Assembly: GCA_044892505.1 (NCBI GenBank)
Contig: CM097882.1
Coordinates: 120,590,001-120,654,000 of the forward strand
DNA length: 64,000 nucleotides
Source: Schmidtea nova
Taxonomy: Eukaryota
Direction: 5' to 3'
Each line of letters opens with the position of its first letter. Within the stretch, counting starts at the first letter, position 1. Positions 60,722 to 64,000 of the stretch are shown piece by piece. Made by a program: the position numbers and the translations under genes. The notes below the pieces were generated by a model. It searched no databases, was not told where the DNA came from, and saw nothing but the letters and a program-made list of their open reading frames with translations.

Positions 60722-61749
60722 TGTTGGATTTTGGGGTTGTTGGTGAAATGTTAAATATTACCAATCAAATATCTGACTCCGAAGCGTGCCTTTATTCGAA
60801 CCCAAAGTCACAATTCCAATGACACAAACTTTATTTGATTATTACAATGATTTACACGATCCAAAATATCACGATCAATTCAATACATCTTTCGACAATT
60901 ATACGAGCTTATTACGACACTTCGTGAAGAATAGCTCTAGTGTATAATGTCTAGAGGTAAAATTGACCTTCGTTTTAATAAGTCTAGGCCTTTTAACTTC
61001 TCGCCTGCTTGGCTTCCTTTGTCTTTACAACACAATTTCTATTTCTGCAACTGATTGAATCAACAAATTTTTCTTTGTATATCAAGTTTCTCCTTTCGTA
61101 TTTCAAACTCGTTTCGTATTTTCTACGTCAATTTTTAATTTACCTTTGGTTTAGGTTTCAATTTTTTTCTTTGTCAATTTCAAATTCTCCACTAAATCTT
61201 GTCTACCACAATTTTTCACTTCCACAACTTCTGTCTACAATTCTTAAATGTTCTGTCTAAAATTCTCTTGCCAATGTTCTATCTAAAATCTTCTAACAAT
61301 ATTCTGTCGAAAATTCTGATCGCTTCCGCTGTGCTTCTACTTTTATATCTCGTCAAATTCTATGGCCCTAGAGATAATTTTGCTTTTTGCATTTTGATTC
61401 CCGGATATCTCGTGTTTTCTCTCAATTCCCGTTTTATCTATGACAGCTGTCTAGATTATTTCAGATTTCCCTTTTTCCTTTTTAAGCCGTTTTTTATCCG
61501 CACTCCTGTTATCTGACAAGCTGTCAAGATTTTATTTTACTACTTGTTTTTGTTTTGAAAATTCCTTTCGCGTTTCTGTACTTATTAATTAGGAATGACC
61601 TTTGTTTTTAATTTCCTGTTTGATTCCTTTTGATTGTTCCCAACTTCTCATTTTTCTTTTTTTTCATGTCCGTTTTCTTTTTCGTGTTCCCATTGACCGT
61701 CTCCTTCGTCATGATGATTTTCCCCCAGGTAATTTTATTTATTTATTCA
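60722..61749 (-). mobile_element. solo LTR, family L1 (copy 3)
   Basis: TG...CA ends with a perfect 5-bp TSD TAAAT (60717-60721, 61750-61754); homologous to copies 1 and 2. Confidence 0.85.
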
Positions 61750-62315
61750 TAAATTTGTCATTTTATGATATATGACTATAATGCGATCTTTCTTATAAAG
61801 AAAAGAAAAAACTTTATTTTAAAAACTAATTTTATAAAGAATAACTTTTTCGCTGTATTTATTGAAGCCTTCAAGCAGGATATTAAAATGTATTTAAGGA
61901 AGCCTTGGGGCGCTGGATCTTTTTCAACCACAAATGTTTTACGTAATAAAGCTTGTAATAACTACTTTTAGTGGCGCCGTAACAAATGCGCGCCGACAAA
62001 ACCACGCCAAGTAAAATATTTTTGACTTAATTCTTCTTCCATATCAATTACCCAATTTTGCATATAACGGGTGACTGATGAAGTAATAATAATATGCCAA
62101 GTTTGCCAGGCATTATAAATACAATTTCTGCTGTAACAATAATAAAAATTGATTAAAATTAGTTTAATGTAACGACTGTAACGTTTGGCCTAAAAGTCAA
62201 TTACCTGAACATTTCAAAGTTTATCCATTCACAGATTACAAATTAAATTTGATTAAATAATCATAAAATAATACCTTTATTCGGCTATAGTGAATATTTT
62301 TATATCTATGTATAC

Positions 62316-62450
62316 CAGTGTTGTCCAAACTGTGTGTCGCGGCACACTGGTGTGCCGTGGTGGGTGCCCAGGTGTGCCGTGGTGGGTGCCCAGGTGTGCC
62401 GTGGTGGGTGCCCAGGTGTGCCGTGGCTCAAAAAAGTTTGGACAACACTG
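62316..62450. mobile_element. 135-bp hAT-type MITE
   Basis: Perfect TIR CAGTGTTGTCCAAACT; perfect 8-bp TSD ATGTATAC; internal GGTGTGCCGTGGTGGGTGCCCA tandem units. Confidence 0.92.
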
Positions 62451-64000
62451 ATGTATACTATTTCAACCTGTAGTTAAAAGCTAGTGTAAATAATTTAGTA
62501 AATAATTTAGTGTGTTTTGAAATAAATATAGTAGATTTGAATTGTATTTTTTAAAACTTCTTCTGAGACTATCTCTGCGCTTTTTGAACTATCAAGTTTT
62601 TTTATTGCGCAGATTTGTTCTTAAATTCTTGGACAAACATAATTTATGTCCAAGTCAAAAACAGTTTGACATAACAAATTTGCACTCACATTAGATGGAA
62701 ATTATTTTGTCCTGAGCAGACATTTTACTGTATCTGATGACATTTTATAATGTTTTCAGCACTCCTCTTCATCTGGACTTATTAATGTTTCGGTATTTAC
62801 TAGTAAAATATGAAGGTCCAGCAATTTAGAAACTTTTTTCTGCGCTTAGTTCTTGATCACAATTGATAACACAAGTTTCATTTTACAAAATAAGTAAATT
62901 GGTTCAAATGAAGAAAAACTTTGTTAAAATCCTTTTTGCAATTGATGTTAAGATAAGATTATTGCTTTAATTTTGCCGCTGTTATGGTTATATTATTGAG
63001 ATTTACTGACTATATCATCCCTGAAGCTTAACATCTTTTTTCAATGTTGGTACCAAGCCTGAATTATTACCATGATAAAATCATAACTATTGGGTATCCA
63101 TTAGTTACCCTTCGCAAAGCAACTATTGGATGAATACTCGTAAAATGTGAACGCTATTTTCAGAATTATAATTGACCGAGTAATTCCATGGCTTCAAGAG
63201 ATTTTGTCAGAAGACATCTGTTTATTTCATTTTACGGTTCTTTTCTTCTAAATGTATCTTAATCTCTCAAATGTTGTCATCAACTATATTTACTGAGTGA
63301 AAATTAAACTGAACGCTAATAAAGCAGCATATCAATTAGATAATTATAAAAAAAGTAAATCTTTTATAATAAATGTACGTGTATATATGTTATTTAATAT
63401 TATAACATCGATAGAACTATTATTTTTCATCAATTGTTATCCAAAAATTTATATCCACAACAACAATCGATATTATTCATATGGCAGGTCATAATAGTAA
63501 TGGAAATTAGACAGTTCATTAAATTAAATTTACCAGACGTCCCTGTTTTCAAGCCAATGTCCCGGTCTCTCGAAAGAAGTTTTCGGGACGCTCATTCGTC
63601 TCGGTTTAAAATTTCTTTTCAAAATATACGAATATATATTTAGTATTCATTCACATAATGCAAATGAGGTACGGATATTTTCACTAATAGTATTTTAGTG
63701 GACAGACGAACCTCATTTGTGATGGTTTTTTGCCTGAAAAATTTTCATATTGTATTTTTACTTATATACCATTATTGTCACATTTTCATAAATTTAGCCT
63801 TTAGCAGAACTTTTGGTAACAGAACCCTAAAATTCAGTTAAATTAATATTTATCCATTGAAATTTGTATATAAAAATTAAATAGATCATTTTTTCTGAAC
63901 TTTTATATGTGAGAGTATTTCAAGTAAAATTCTTTAATAACTATCATATCTCAAGATTTTATTGTTTTTGCTTAAAAGTTTTATAATAATAATTTGTTTT

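Noticed and set aside
62550-63250. Possible hAT transposase relic sharing a short match with ~50540-50590
   Set aside because: Too decayed for a motif-level call.

Overview
This is AT-rich, repeat-dense eukaryotic DNA with N-masked gaps, most likely from a triclad planarian: the introns are short (44-52 nt), (ATT)n microsatellites are common, and two planarian-type spliced-leader (SL) sequences are present. Three host genes can be reconstructed. Synapsin (+, 10 coding exons from 5812 to 43171; its 5' exons were not found in the window) has a 28-kb intron packed with mobile elements. NSUN5 (-) has 3 exons and a cathepsin L-like protease (-) has 2. Mobile DNA includes two full-length but decayed Gypsy/Ty3 elements with LTRs, PBS, PPT and TSD, a TRIM-like mini-element whose interior is a minisatellite, three solo-LTR families, two Tigger/pogo and two mariner relics, and hAT, piggyBac and Tc1-type MITEs. 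A decayed accessory module encodes a membrane glycoprotein-like ORF and a DEDDh exonuclease. The most unusual signal is a pair of 1.6-kb and 2.0-kb elements (27080-28675, 50901-52896). They share a ~100-bp 5' arm, an SL copy and a ~37-bp 3' arm, and both sit in (ATT)n tracts. Their cargos differ completely and look like intronless host mRNAs: an acidic ORF plus a PSMA6 fragment in one, ERI1 plus an unknown helical ORF in the other. This suggests an undescribed element that captures SL trans-spliced mRNAs. All protein and SL identifications come from motifs recognised by eye and recalled from memory; no database search was run.
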